From: Somniosus microcephalus
Lineage: Eukaryota
DNA length: 64,000 bases
NCBI GenBank assembly: GCA_052327205.1
Contig: CM126204.1
Coordinates: 73,408,001-73,472,000 of the forward strand
Direction of reading: 5' to 3'
This document shows positions 38,642-51,936 of the stretch, one piece after another; the first letter of the stretch is position 1; the number at the start of each line of letters is the position of its first letter. Made by a program: the position numbers and the translations under genes. Under the pieces are notes generated by a model. That model saw only the letters and a list, made by a program, of their open reading frames with translations, had not been told where the DNA came from and did not search any database.

Positions 38642-38781
38642 TATCTTTAACTGTCCTCCTGCCTGTTTCCATCAGGAATCATAATTGACTCCTAAATATC
38701 TACAATTTTTGTTATTTTTCACTTCAATATACCTGTCATTTCCAGCCTTACGCAGTTTGCAAGCTGGTTGAACTGGCCTCA

Positions 38782-38990
38782 TAACAACAACAACAACAAC
38801 TTGTATTTATATAGCGCCTTTAATGTAGTAAAACATCCCAAGGCGCTTCATAGGAATATCATAAAACAAAATTTGACACCGAGCCACATAAGGAGAAATT
38901 AGGGCAGATGACCAAAAGCTTGGTCAAAGAGGTAGGTTTTAAGGAGCGTTTTAAAAGACGAAAGAGTAGTAGAGTGGCGGAGAGGTTTAG
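38782..38990 (-). mobile_element. L2 LINE 3' end with (TTG)n tail
   Basis: Homologous to 34148-34335; (CAA)n on plus strand. Confidence 0.8.
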
Positions 38991-41957
38991 AGACGCATCA
39001 AAGCTTTCCTCTTTAGTGTATGCGCTGAAATATCAGCATGCAAAGAAGAGGTATGTCTCGATGCATTATGGGGAAAGGTCAACCAAATGCAGAGCATCTG
39101 TTTTCACGGCACTCTTATGAACAGTGTGATCATTGTCTGGAAAAGCTCACCCGAGCTCCACAAGGAAACCCAGGGACCTAGGCTTCCCTCCCCTTTACCA
39201 CGATTGCCTACTGCCCCACCACTTAGCTGACTGCCAGGGACCATTCATGCGGGTCCCTGACCACAGCCTCCTGCTGCGTTCGCCCAACTCCTGTGCACTG
39301 GCCTGATATCATTGGCACCGGGTTTGGGCTGGGGTCGGGCCTCATATATTTAAATGATAGCCTGGCCTCACGTCAGTGAGCCAGAACGAACTTGATGCTT
39401 GTCCAGCCCCATGCTCACCCCTTGCTCCCAGTTAAAATTGGGACTATAGTTTCGACCTGTGGGAAAGAAATATAGCCACAATTGGTAAGGCAGAATTCTT
39501 CTTACCATTGGAAAAAAAGTGAACTCAGTATGTAGCATATATTAAATAAAGAATCAAAGATATCTCATATAGGCCACCACACAATAAATGGTGCCTCTAT
39601 GGGCATAAACTGCAAGAACAAAGTCTAAGGGAATTATATAACGATCAAAATTATGAGTGTGTGTTAAAGCCAGAACCCACTGCACCCATTTTTTTTTGTA
39701 GAGTGTTAAGTTTCCTCTGGAGTTCTTCACTCATCTCCTTTATTCTAATATATATGTTGCCCCTTGGAAGTGGTGTTTCACAGAGATTGGTGCTGAGACC
39801 ACTGTTCAGCATTTACATAAATGATTTGGACTTGGGAATCTGAGGTACAATATCAAATTGAAGGGTATAGTTAATACTGAGGAAGTCTGCGACAAAATAC
39901 AAGAAAACATTAACAAACTTGCAAAATTGGCGTGTAAATGGCAAATGAATTTCAGTACTGATAAGTGTGAGGTGGGGCATTTTGCTAGGAGGAATAAGGA
40001 GGCCACCTACCTCTTGGAAAATAAAAGTCTAACCGGGGTAGAAGCGCAAAGGGATTTAGGGGTATAGATTCACAAATCATTAAAAGTAGCAAAGCAGGTT
40101 AACAAAACCATAAAAAGTACAAACTTTCATTTCTAGAATTCAAAAGCAGAGAAGTTATGTTAAACTTACATAGAACCTTGGGTAGACCACGGCTAACATT
40201 CAAGGAAATAATGCATAATTTGCAACAAACATATATTCCTCTAGGGCATAAAAACCCAAAAGGAAAAGTGATCCAACCATGGCTAACAAAAGAAATCAAA
40301 GCTAGTATTAAAACAAAGGAGGAAGCTTATAAAGTTGTCAGAAAAAGCAGTCAGCCCGAGGATTAGGATCTTTTTAGAAATCAGCAAAGGGGGACCAAGA
40401 AATTGATAAAGAAAGGGAAAATAGAGTATGAGCACAAACTAGCGAAAAATATAAAAACGGATTGTAAAAGCTTCTATAGGTATGTGAAAAGGAAAAGACT
40501 GGCAAAGGTAAATGTAGGTCCTTTACAGTCAGAGACGGGAGAATTTATAATGGGGAATGAGGAAATGGCAGAGAAATTAAATAAATACTTTGTTTCTGTC
40601 TTCACGGAGGAAGACACAAAAAAACTGCTAGAAATACAAGAAAACCAAGGGTGTGGCGAGAATGAGGAACTTAAAGAAATTATTATTAATGAAAAAAACA
40701 GTACTAGCAAAATGAATGGGACTAAAAGTCGATAAATCCCAAGGACCAGATGACCTACATCCTAGGGTTTTAAAAGAGGTGGCCATTGGGATAGTGGACG
40801 CATTGGTTGTCATCTTCCAAAATTCTATTGATTCTGGAATAGTTCCTGCAGATTGGAGGATAGCAAATGTAACCCCGCTATTTAAGAAAGGAGGGAGAGA
40901 GAAAACGGAGAACTACAGACCTGTTAGCCTCACATCAGTAGTTGGGAAAATGCTGGAATCTATTATAAATGATGCAATAACTGGGCACTTAGAAACTAAT
41001 AGTAAGATTGGGCAGAGTCAACATGGATTTATAAAAGGAAAATTCTGTTTAATAAACCTATTGGAGGTCTTTGAGGATGTAACTAGTGGAGCAGACTAAG
41101 GGGAACTGGTAGATGTGTATTTGGATTTTCAGAAGGCCTTCGATAAGGTCCCACACAAAATTAGGGCACATGGAATTGGGGGTAATATACTAGCATGGAT
41201 TGAGAATTGGTTAACAGACAGAAAACAAAGAGTAGGGATAAACGGGTCTTTTTCAGGATGGCAGGCTGTGACTAGTGGGGTACCGCAAGGATCGGTGCTT
41301 GGGCCCCAGCTATTCACAATCTATATCAATGATTTGGATGAGGAGACTAAATGTAACATTTCCAAATTTGTTGATGATACAAAGCTAGGTGTCAGTTGTG
41401 AAAAGGATGTGAAGAGGCTTCAAGGGGATCTTGACAGGCTCAGTGAGTGGGCGAGAACATGGCAGATGGAATATAATGTGGATAACTGTGAAGTTATCCA
41501 CTTTGGTAGAAAAAACAGAAAGGCAGAGTATTTCCTAAATGGTGAAAGATTGGGGAATGCAGATGCTCAAAGGGACCTGGGTATCCTTGTACATGAAAGT
41601 GAATGTGCAGGTACAGTAAGCCATTAGGAAGGCAAATGGTATGCTGGCCTTCATTACAAGAGGATTTGTGTACAGGAGTAAATAAGTCTTACTCCAATTA
41701 TATAGGGCCTTGGTGAGACCACACCTGGAGTATTGTGTGCAATTTTGGTCTCCTTACCTAAGGAAGGATATACTTGCCATAGAGGGAGTGCAACAAAGGC
41801 TCACGAGATTGATTCCTGGGATGGCAGCACTGTCATAAGAGAAGAGATTGAGTAAACTAGGCCTGTATTTTCTTGAATTCAGAAGAATGAGGGGATCTCA
41901 TTGAAGCATACAAAATGATTACAGTGCTTGATAGGGTGGATGCTGGGAAAATGTTTC

Positions 41958-42197
41958 GGTGATAAATCCATGTAGTGGAACAAGAACTCGAAGAGGCGAT
42001 ATCTTGGAACTAGTACGAATATTTTATTAAACAGAGTAACAAACATCATGCCTGCATCCTGGCATTCCACCTTTGCTGACCTTGACAGGAAGCAAACCTC
42101 TGACCTTAACAGGAAGCAAACCTCTGACCTTAGCAGCAGCATTGGCTACAGCACCACCTGGTGGATAACCGTAATCATAACATCCCAGATTACGATA
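41958..42197 (-). repeat. 3' LTR of G3 (240 bp, internal 24-bp duplication)
   Basis: Direct repeat of 46434-46653; adjacent to PPT. Confidence 0.93.
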
Positions 42198-42297
42198 TCC
42201 CTCCCCCCTTAAGATTTCAGTTGAATTTCTTAACAGACAACCATTCCTGAGGGTCACATAAGGAGTCTCCATTCATCATGTTCCATACTTGACGAAT

Positions 42298-45200
42298 CTA
42301 ACAGTTCAGTATCAATCTCTCTGGTGGCTTGCGAAGCCTTTGTGAACGTCTAACAGTAAAGTCCCTGCTTGTTTGTGGTGAAGCCACCAGCTGCTCCTGA
42401 GCAGTGCTCAGAGTATCTGACTCTGCAACGATGGTTTCCTCTTGAGGAATAGGTTCCTGTGGAATTGTCTCTGTCCCTGGGGGTGGCACCACAGATGCAC
42501 TTGGATAACTGGGGGCAACCCTGTCTTCAGTCATTGCATCTGGAACCTTCATTTCAATTTCCCCTTGTCTGGGAAGTATCTGATCTACATGTCTGCGTAC
42601 TACCCTACCATCCCTCAACATGATCTTGTATGATGCTGGACCTGTCATTGAGTCGATGAAGCCAGGAATCCACTTTGGTCCATAACTGAAATTCCTGGTA
42701 AGGACCGCATCTCCTTCTCCAAAACTTTGGCTCTTTGTTCTTTTGTCATGGTTCTCTTTTTGTTTGTTTTGTCTGTTTTCCATTTTCCTTTTTAGGTCTG
42801 GGCGGACAAGGTCAAGAGTGGAGCGTAGTCTACGACCTAATAACATCTCAGCAGGAGAGAGTCCTGTGGTGGATTGAGGTGTTATTCTGCAGCTGAACAG
42901 AACCTGTGACACTTTGGCTGCTAAACTCCCTTCTGCACTTTTTTTCATCATCTCCTTAAATGTTTGTACAGCTCTCTCCACAAGTCCATTCGAGGACGGA
43001 TGATATGGAGCTGAGGTCACTTGCACTATGCCATTTTTTCTCAAGAACTCTTTTGTCTCTGTACTCACAAAACAAGTGGCATTGTCACTCACCACGATCT
43101 CTGGTAGCCCTTGATTACTGAAGCTCCGATGCAGGCAGTCTATAGTAGTTGTGGCGGAAGCAGAATTTACAGGATAAACATCGATCCATTTGGAATGTGC
43201 ATCAATAATTATGAGGAACATCTTCCCCATGAATGGACCCGCATAATCTAAGTGCAATCTTCTCCATGGTTTATCCGGCCACTCCCAGGGGTGGAGAGGA
43301 GCCGCTGCTGGTGCCTTCCGGTGTTACTGACAAGTGCTGCATGTCTTGACTAGATTTTCTATCTCCTCATCTAGCTTTGGCCACCACAAGTAACTCCTAG
43401 CCAAGGCTTTCATATGCGAGACCCCAGGATGACACTGATGTAGTTGCTCTAGGATAGACTGTCGTGCTGGCTGTGGAATAATCACTCATGCTCCCCACAA
43501 CACGCAACCATCCTGCACACTCAGCTCTGTTTACCTGACACTGTAGGGTGTGAAGTCAGCCCCTTCCGGATGCTGTGGCCATCTCCTCACCACATATTCT
43601 CGAACTCTAGACAGTACTGGATCTTTACCTGTCCATTTTCTTACTTGCTCTGCAGTCACAAGTGCCGTGTCAGTGTCCTCCAACATCAAAACTCTGTCCT
43701 CTGGAGCTGCACGGATAGATGTGCCTGGCAGTGGAAGACGGCTCAAGGCATCAGCGTTCCCATGGTACTTGCACGCCTTGTAGATGATGACATACTCATA
43801 TGCCCTCAACGTCACTGCCCATCTCTGGATCCGGGGTGACACCATCTGTGGAACTGCTTTCATTTCATTGAAAAGAGAGAGAAGAGGTTTATGATCGGTG
43901 CATATGGTGAACTTCCTGCCATATATGTACTTGTGGAACCTCTGTAACCCAAACATTACTGCTAACCCCTCTTTGTCTAACTGGGAATAGTTTTTTTCCG
44001 CTGGTGTTAGAGTTCAGGACATAAACCCTATTGGTCTTTCCGTTCCATCTTCCATGCAGTGTGAAAGAACTGCCCCCACCCCGTAAGGTGAAGTGTCACA
44101 AGAGAGAATGATGTCTTTCTCTGCATTGTAGTGAACCAGCACATCCGACGACAGCATCAGTTTCTTGGACTGTTCAAAGGAAACCCCCTGCTCCTCTCCC
44201 CACTGCCACTGTGTCTCCTTGCGCAGTAGTTTGTGAAGAGTTGCTAACACAGTTGACAAGTTTGGTAAAAACCTGTTATAATAGTTCAGCAGTCCCAGGT
44301 AAGCTTTTAACTCAGCCACATTTGTGGGAGCAGGGGCATCCTGCAGTGCTTGTACCTTCTCCTTGAGTGGATGGAGCCAGGTGGCGTCCACTCTGTGTCC
44401 CAGGAACACTGCCTCATTCCCCAGGAAGGTGCACTTACTCCTCTTGAGCCGGAACCCTGCCCTCTCCAGTCTCTGTAGTACCTCTCTCAGAGTGCTCAGA
44501 TGCTCCTGGTCGGTTCTTCCCGTCACCAGAATGTCATCCAGATAGATGGAAACATGTGGAATCCCTTGCAGTACACCTTCGATTGTCCTCTGGAAGATAG
44601 CTGGACTAGATGAGACAGCAAACGGCAAGCGGTTATATGTAAACAAGCCCTTGTGTGTATTTATGGTGACATACTTCTTTGATTCGTCATCCAGTGTAAT
44701 CTGTAAGTAGGCATGACTCATATCCAACTTTGTGAATTTCTTTCCTCCAGCCAGGTTTGCAAAGAGATCCTCTGTTTTGGGAATCGGATACTGCTCTAGT
44801 TTGGACACCCGATTGACTGTCAATTTATAATCTCCACAGAGTCTTACCGAATTGTCCGGTTTCAAAACAGGTACTATGGGAGCTGCCCATTCCGAACATT
44901 TCACTTGCTCCAGTATGTTCTCTCTCAATAGACGGTCAAGCTCAGCCTCTACCTTTGGCTTCATGGCATAAGGCACAGGTCGTTGTTTAAAAAACCTTGG
45001 CAGTGCCTCCTTGTCTACATAAATCTTAGCTGGGGGGCCATTAAATGTACCAAGTTCCTCCTTGAACACATTCTCATGTTCACCCAACACTTCTTGCAAA
45101 GTCAACTGTTTGCCCGCATCTATTTGATTTACTGCTCCCCAGTCTAATTTAAGTTCTATTATCCAGCCCCGACCTAACAGGTTTGGTCCGGTACCCGATA

Positions 45201-46341
45201 CTATAACTACAGGTAGCTGTTCCACTGTGTCCCTCTGTTGCACAGTTACATTAGCTGTACCTAATGTTGCTACTCATTCACCTGTATATGTTTTAAGATG
45301 CAGGGAGCAAGGCTTTAACTCTGGAACTTTTGCACGGTTCCACAATTTTGAGTACTCTGCCTTGTTCATTATGGTCACGCCGCACCCTGTATCCACTTCA
45401 AAGTTCACCTTAGAGTCATTTACTGTCAGTTGCAATGTGATAGGAGCCACTTTTGGAATGTTCTCTAACATGCTATACATTATGAACATGTCCTCTTCTC
45501 CCTCAGCTTCCCCGCTGATGTGGTGTGCTCCATGTTTTTTCACTTCTCTCCCTTGGTTTTGCTGTCATCCCCCTTTTGGTTTGGATTCCTCCACAGGTGA
45601 TTTTGCCCTGCAAGCTCGTTTTATGTGTCCTTGTTTCCCACACTTGTAGCACTTTTCCTCCAGAAACCGGCATTCACTCGCCAGGTGATCGCCCTTGCAT
45701 CTATAACATGCCTTCACATGCTCACGTTGTGGTTTCTGACGCATGTTCAACTTGTGCACAACAACCTGACCTGCAACTTGCATAGCATTAGCCCTGTCTG
45801 AACCCTGTATTTCTTTTACATCTCAGTTCGCTGTCTCTATGGCTTGAGCAAGTTCCAATGCTTTTTCATAAGTAAGCCCAGTCTCGGATAATAATCTACG
45901 CTGCATTCGGTCGCCCATAATTCCGCAAACAAGCCTATCTCGCAGCATTTCCTTCAGGTTGTTCCCATAATTGCAATCTTGTGCTAATTTTCGCAACACC
46001 GCTATATAGTCCATTACGCTCTCTTCCTCTTTCCTGTTCCTTGAATTAAACTTGAACAGCTGTACAATCTCACTAGGCTTAGGGTTGAAATGTTCTTTTA
46101 GCAAAGCCACTAATTCAACAAATGATTTGTCTCCAGGCTTTTTAGGACTGAGCAGATTCCTCATCAAACTGTAGGTCTGGCTTCCCACTGAACTAAGCAG
46201 AATGGCTTTCCTTTTTCCAGCATCATTTATTTCATTTGCTTCGAAAAAATAACCCAACACTTCACAGTATTCCTCCCAGGTTTGTGCTTGACTATCAAAA
46301 GCGGAAACCGTTCCTACCGTGGCAGCCATGCTCTCTTCCAA
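42298..46341 (-). pseudogene. G3 single-frame gag-pol with six nonsense codons
   Basis: All ORF pieces in one frame: gag, two CCHC, VDTG protease, YLDD RT, TDHKPL RNase H, LDYAG/SDN/NGLVER integrase. Confidence 0.94.
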
Positions 46342-46433
46342 CTGGTAGCTAATTTCAGCTCATGATTTTGTTGTTTAAAGGTCCTGGCAGACTTCTTTTC
46401 TTTATCCAGGGTCCTTTTTACCTCATCGCCAAG

Positions 46434-46653
46434 TGTGATAAATCCATATAGTGGAACAAGAACTCGAAGAGGCGATATCTTGGAACTAGTACGAGTATTT
46501 TATTAAACAAACAGAGTAACAAACATCATGCCTGCATGCTGGCATTCCACCTTTGCTGACCTTGACAGGAAGCAAACCTCTGACCTTAGAAGCAGCATTG
46601 GCTACAGCACCACCTGGTGGATAACCTTAATCATAACATCCCAGATTACAATA
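46434..46653 (-). repeat. 5' LTR of G3 (220 bp)
   Basis: Direct repeat of 41958-42197; adjacent to PBS. Confidence 0.93.
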
Positions 46654-47621
46654 GTTTCCCTTGGCTAGGTAGTCTGGAACCAGGGGCCACAGCCTCAGGC
46701 TAAAGGGTAGGCCATTCAGGACTGAGATGAGAAGAAATTTCTTCACACAGAGGGTGGTGAATCTTTGGAATTCTCTACCCCAGAGGGCTGTGGAGGCTCA
46801 GTCATTGGGTATATTCAAAACAAAAGTCGATAGATTTCTGATTAGTAAGGGCATCAAGGGATATGGCGATAGGGCCGGTGACTGGAGTTGAGGCAGAAGA
46901 TCAGCCATGATCTCCTTGAATGGCGGAGCAGGCTCGAAGGGCCGAATGGCCTACTCCTGCTCCTATTTCTTATGTTCTTATTTCTTATGACCAGACAGTG
47001 TTCCACACAGTTCTGGTCTCCATATTACAAAAAGGATACAGAAGCACTGGAGAAAATGCAAAATTTACAAGGATTATACCAGAACTGAGAGGGTACAACT
47101 ATCAGGAAAGATTGAACAGGCTGGGACTCTTTTCTCTGGAAAAGAGAAGACTGAGAGGTGATCCAATAGTGGTCTTTAAAGTTATGAAGTGGTTCGATAG
47201 GGTAGATGTGGAGAAGATGTTTCCACTTGTGGGGGAGTCCAAAACTAGGAGCCATAAATATAAGATAGTCACTAATAATTCCAATAACGAATTAAGGAGA
47301 AACTTCTTTAATCAGAGAGAGGTGAGAATGTGGAATTCGCCACCACATGCAGTCATTGAGGTGAATAGCATAGTTGCAATTAAGGGGAAGCTAGATCAGT
47401 ACATAGGGGAAGAAAAGAATATGTTGATAGGGTGAGATGAAGTAAGGTGGGAGGAGACTTGTGTGGCGCATAAACACTGACATTGACCTGTTCGGCCGAA
47501 TGGCCTGTTTCTATGCTGTAAATTCTATGCAATTCTATACATTGGCACATGACACAACAGAGACCATTTTATAAAGTAAGTGAAATGTATTCCTCACATG
47601 GCAGTATTACTCAAAAACAAT

Positions 47622-48110
47622 GGCCCTGAATTTGCAGTCAGAGGCGTACCAGAAGAATATGCATCCGAACCGAAAAAAAAATCTGAACTTACCTGGTGTC
47701 TCTGGAGCTTTGAACTCTTCGGACGCCTTCTTAAAGGCCCACGGATCCCAGGGGCACATGCAGTTCGCAAGGATCACGTGGACCCAGTCAACCGATCAAA
47801 AAGGGGGATTTCTATGATGCTTATGGGGATTCCGTTTATGTATGGAATCCCCATAAGCATATTAGAAACCCCCAAATAAATAAGCATTCACATCACTTAA
47901 ATAAAAATAAATGATCACCTGTTCAAAATTAATTAAAAGACCTTAAAATAAAAATGTAATTTTTTGACAAATAAATTTAAACATTTTAAAACAGGCCAAA
48001 ATTTACCTAAACTAATTTTAAATGTATGTGTATGTTCAAATCATTTGAAAAAATTTATCTTAACATTTGTTTTAATCCTTATGCTAGTAAAAGAAGGCCT
48101 TATGCCTGTA
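47622..48110 (+). mobile_element. Truncated family A-related TIR element
   Basis: AAT|GGCCCTGAATTT start; CCCACG.ATCCCAGGGGCAC block; long hairpin at about 47803-47872. Confidence 0.65.
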
Positions 48111-49004
48111 AATTCTTACAGTGTTGCTTGTAGAAAAAAACCCCAAGGAATGGGATATACCATTAATAGAAAGAAGCTGAAGGATACGGATAAACAGAGA
48201 GTCTTGAGATTCAAATATATAAATTGATGAAAATGCAAGTGCAGGTAGATAAAACCATAAAACGGCCAATAAAACTTTGGGTTTTATATTTAGGGGTATG
48301 AAGTACAAGCATAAAGAAGTAATGATGAATTTATATAAAACAGTTTTTAGGCACCAGAGTACTGTATTCAGTTGTGGACACGCTATTAGAATCATAGAAT
48401 CATAGAATGGTTACAGCACAGAAGGAGGCCATTTGGCCGGTCGAGCCCATGACGGCTCTCCGCAAGAGCACCTCAGCTAGTCTCACCCCCCTGCCCCTTC
48501 CCTGTAGCCCTGCAAATTTTTTTCCTTCAGATACTTATCCAACTCGCTTTTGAAAGATAAGATTGAGTCTGCCTCCACCATCATTTCAGGAAGTGCATTC
48601 CAGATCTTAACCACTCGCTGTGTAAAAAGGTTTTTTCTTACGTTGCCTTTGGCTCTTTTGCCAATCACCTTAAATCTGTATCCTCTGGTTCTCGACTCTT
48701 CTGCCAATGGGAACAGTTTCTTTCTATCTGCTCTGTCCAGACCCCTCATGATTTTGAATACCTCTATCAAATCTCCTCTCAATCTTCTCTGCTCCAAGGA
48801 GAACAACCCCAGCTTCTCCAGTCTATCAACGTAACTGAAGTCCCTCTTTCCTGGAATTATTCTCGTAAATATTTTCTGCAGCTTCTCTAAGACCTTCACA
48901 TCTTTCTTAAAGTGTAGTGCCCAGAATTGGACACAGTACTCCAGTTGGGGCAGAACCAGTGTTTTATACAGGTTCATCATAATTTCCACACTTTTGTACT
49001 CTAT

Positions 49005-49805
49005 AGGCTGGATTTTCATTGAGGAGGCGGGTAGGAGGCGGGACTACAACTTTCGGGGTTGTAGTCCCGCCTCCATCGAGTTGTAACCAACCCACACGAT
49101 TTTGACTTGATTGACCTTGTTGAGCCCGCCCAGCGGGCTCAGCAGGCCAATTAAGGGCCACCGGCAACAGGTGACGTCACTGATTGACATTTCATCTGTC
49201 AAAACCTTTTGACAGATGAAATATCAGCGTTTCACAGCTGTTTGAAGCTGTCAAACACTGACAATCTGTACTCTAAGTTAATTCCTTCCTCTCAGGATGA
49301 TTTAGAGATCTCCCCAGAACAGAAAGCTGAATGCTGCAATTTTTGACAGATCGCAGCCATTCTGCTTTCTGTGCCGGTGAGATGAGGGACTCCCGAGACC
49401 TGAAGGAAGGAAGGCTGTAAAGGTAAGTAAAACTTCTTTAAACACACCAAACACACTTACCTCTGCACTCATGCACCCATCACTCACCTGAACACCGGAC
49501 ATCTCGACCCCTCCAAGCCCTTCAGCCTGATGGCCCACCTCGCTAACTTGACGTGGTTTGGAGCCGTCGGGAATCCCACACTTCACCAATGAAAATAGGG
49601 ATTAGGCTAAAAACTGCCTGTTAACTACCTGTTAACAGGCAGTTAATTGGCACTAATGGTCCCAGTGCGGGTCGGGTACCCGCCTCCTTTGAAACTGGCA
49701 TGGAGGCGGGTTGGGGGCGGGATGGGTTCGTGCCCCCCGACTTTAAGATTTTAACTCCCCACACGCCTCCAATCCCACCTCCACGGCTCAATGAAAACCC
49801 TGCCC
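49005..49805 (+). mobile_element. Non-autonomous TIR element family B (copy 2)
   Basis: AGGCTGGATTTTCATTGAG / CTCAATGAAAACCCTGCCC; TSD TAT/TAT inside CR1. Confidence 0.92.
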
Positions 49806-51936
49806 TATACCTCTATTTATGAAGTCCAGGATCCCGTAAGCCTTTTTAACTGCTTTCTCAACCTGCTCTGCCACCTTCAACGATTTGTGCACACATACCC
49901 CAGGTCTATCTGTTCGTGCACCCCACTTAGGATTGTACCATTTAGTTTACATGTCCTGTCCCCATTCTTTCTACCAAAATGTATCACTTCACACGTTTCT
50001 GCTTTAAATTTCAGCTGCCACGTGTCTGCCCATTTCACCAGCCTGTCTATGTCTTCCTGAAGTCTATCACTCTCCTCCTCATTGTTCACTATACTTCCAA
50101 GTGTTGTGTCATCTGCAAATTTTGAAATTGTGCCCTGTATACCCATGTCCAAGTCATTAATATATATCAAGAAAAGCAATGGTCCTTGAACTGACCCCTG
50201 GGGAACACCACTGTATACCTTCCTCCAGTCTGAAAAACAACCATTCACCACTACTCTCTGTTTTTTGTCACTTAGCCAATTTCCTATCCATGCTGCCAAT
50301 GTCCCTTTTATTCCATGGGCTTCAACTTTGCTGGCAAGCCTATTATGTGGCACCTTGTCGAACGCCTTTTGGAAATCCATGTACACTACGTCAACCGCAT
50401 TACCCTCATCAACCCTCTCTGTTACCTCATCAAAAAACTCGATCAAGTTGGTTAACCACGATTTGCCTTTAACAAATCCATGCTGGCTTTCCTTAATTGA
50501 TCCACACTTGTCCAAGTGACTGTTAATTTTGTCCCTGATTAATGTTTCTAAACGCTTCCCTACTACCAAGGTTAAACTGACTGGCCTGTAGTTGCTGGGT
50601 TTATCTTTACACCCTTTTTTGAACAATGGTGCAACATTTGCAATTCTCCAGTCCTCTGGCACCATCCCATATCTATGGAGGATTGGAATATTATGGCCAG
50701 TACCTCCACGATTTCCGCCCTCAAATCCCTTAGCATCCTAGGATGCATCCCATCTGGTCCTGGTGATTTATCTACTTTAAGTACAGCTAGCCTTTCTAAT
50801 ACCTCTTCTTTATCAATTTTTATCCCATCAAGTGTCTCCACTCCCTCCTCCTTTACTATGTCTGTGACAGCATTCTCTTCCTTGGTGAAGACAGATGCAA
50901 AGTACTCATTTAGTACCTCAGCCATACCCTCTGCCTCCATGCATAGGTCTCCTTTTTGATCCCTAATCAGCCCCACCCCTTCTCTTACTACCCTTTTACT
51001 ATTTATATGCCTATAGAAGACCTTTGGATTACCTTTTATGTTGGCTGCCATTCTATTCTCATACCCTCTCTTTGCCCTACTTATTTTCTTTTTTACTTCT
51101 CCTCTGACCTTTCTATATCTAGCCTGATTCTCAGATGTATTTGCAACCTGACATCTGTCATACGCCCCCTTTTTCTGCTTCATCATATTCTGTATCTGTT
51201 TCATCATCCAGGGAGCCCTGACTTTAGTTGCCCTGCCTTTCCCCCTAGTGGGAATGTACCTCAACTGTACCTGAACTATTTCCTCTTTAAAGGCAGCCCA
51301 TTGTTCCATTACAGTTTTGCCTGCCAATCTTTGATTCCAGTTTACCTAGGTCAGATCCGCTCTTATCCCACTGAAATTGGCCATCCTCCAGTTTAACATT
51401 TTTACTCTAGATTGCTCCCTGTCCTTTTCCATAGCTAATCTAAACATTATGATACTATGATTACTGTTCCCTAAATGTTCACTACTGACACTTGCTCCAC
51501 TTGACGTAGCTCATGCCCCAGAACCAGATCCAGCAATGCCTCCTCCCTCGTCGGGCCGGAAACATACTGATCAAGAAAGTTCTCCTAAACACACTTCAGA
51601 AATTCTTCCCCTTCTCTGCCCTTTACACTATTACGTTCCCAGTCTATATTAGGATAGTTGAAGTCCCCCATAATTACTACTCTATAGTTCTTCCACCTCT
51701 CTGTAATTTCTCTGCAAATTTGCTCCTCCATATCTTTCCCATTATTTGGCGGTCGATAGAATACACCTAATAGTGTAATGGCACCTCTATTATTTCTTAA
51801 CTCTAGCCATATAGATTCTGTCCTTAACCCCTCCATGACATCCTCCCTCTCCAGCACTGTAACATTCCCAATTAGCATTAACCAATACTGCCACACTACC
51901 TCCTAACTTTCCTTCCCTATCTTTCCTAAACACCTT

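Larger units (their letters stand above)
41958..46653 (-). mobile_element. Full-length decayed Gypsy/Ty3 LTR retrotransposon, family G3
   Basis: LTRs 46434-46653 and 41958-42197; TSD GTTTC/GTTTC; PBS TGGCGATGAGG (46421-46431); PPT AAGGGGGGAGGGA (42198-42210). Confidence 0.96.
40191..46988 (+). mobile_element. CR1 LINE split by Gypsy G3 (40191-41957, 46654-46988)
   Basis: ORFs 40403-41627; AAAAT GTTTC|CC junction restored on removal of G3; 3' tail. Confidence 0.92.
39765..47540 (+). mobile_element. CR1 fragment, outer host (39765-40190 and about 46989-47540)
   Basis: RT C-terminal peptides resume after the nested CR1; 3' tail at about 47490-47540. Confidence 0.75.
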
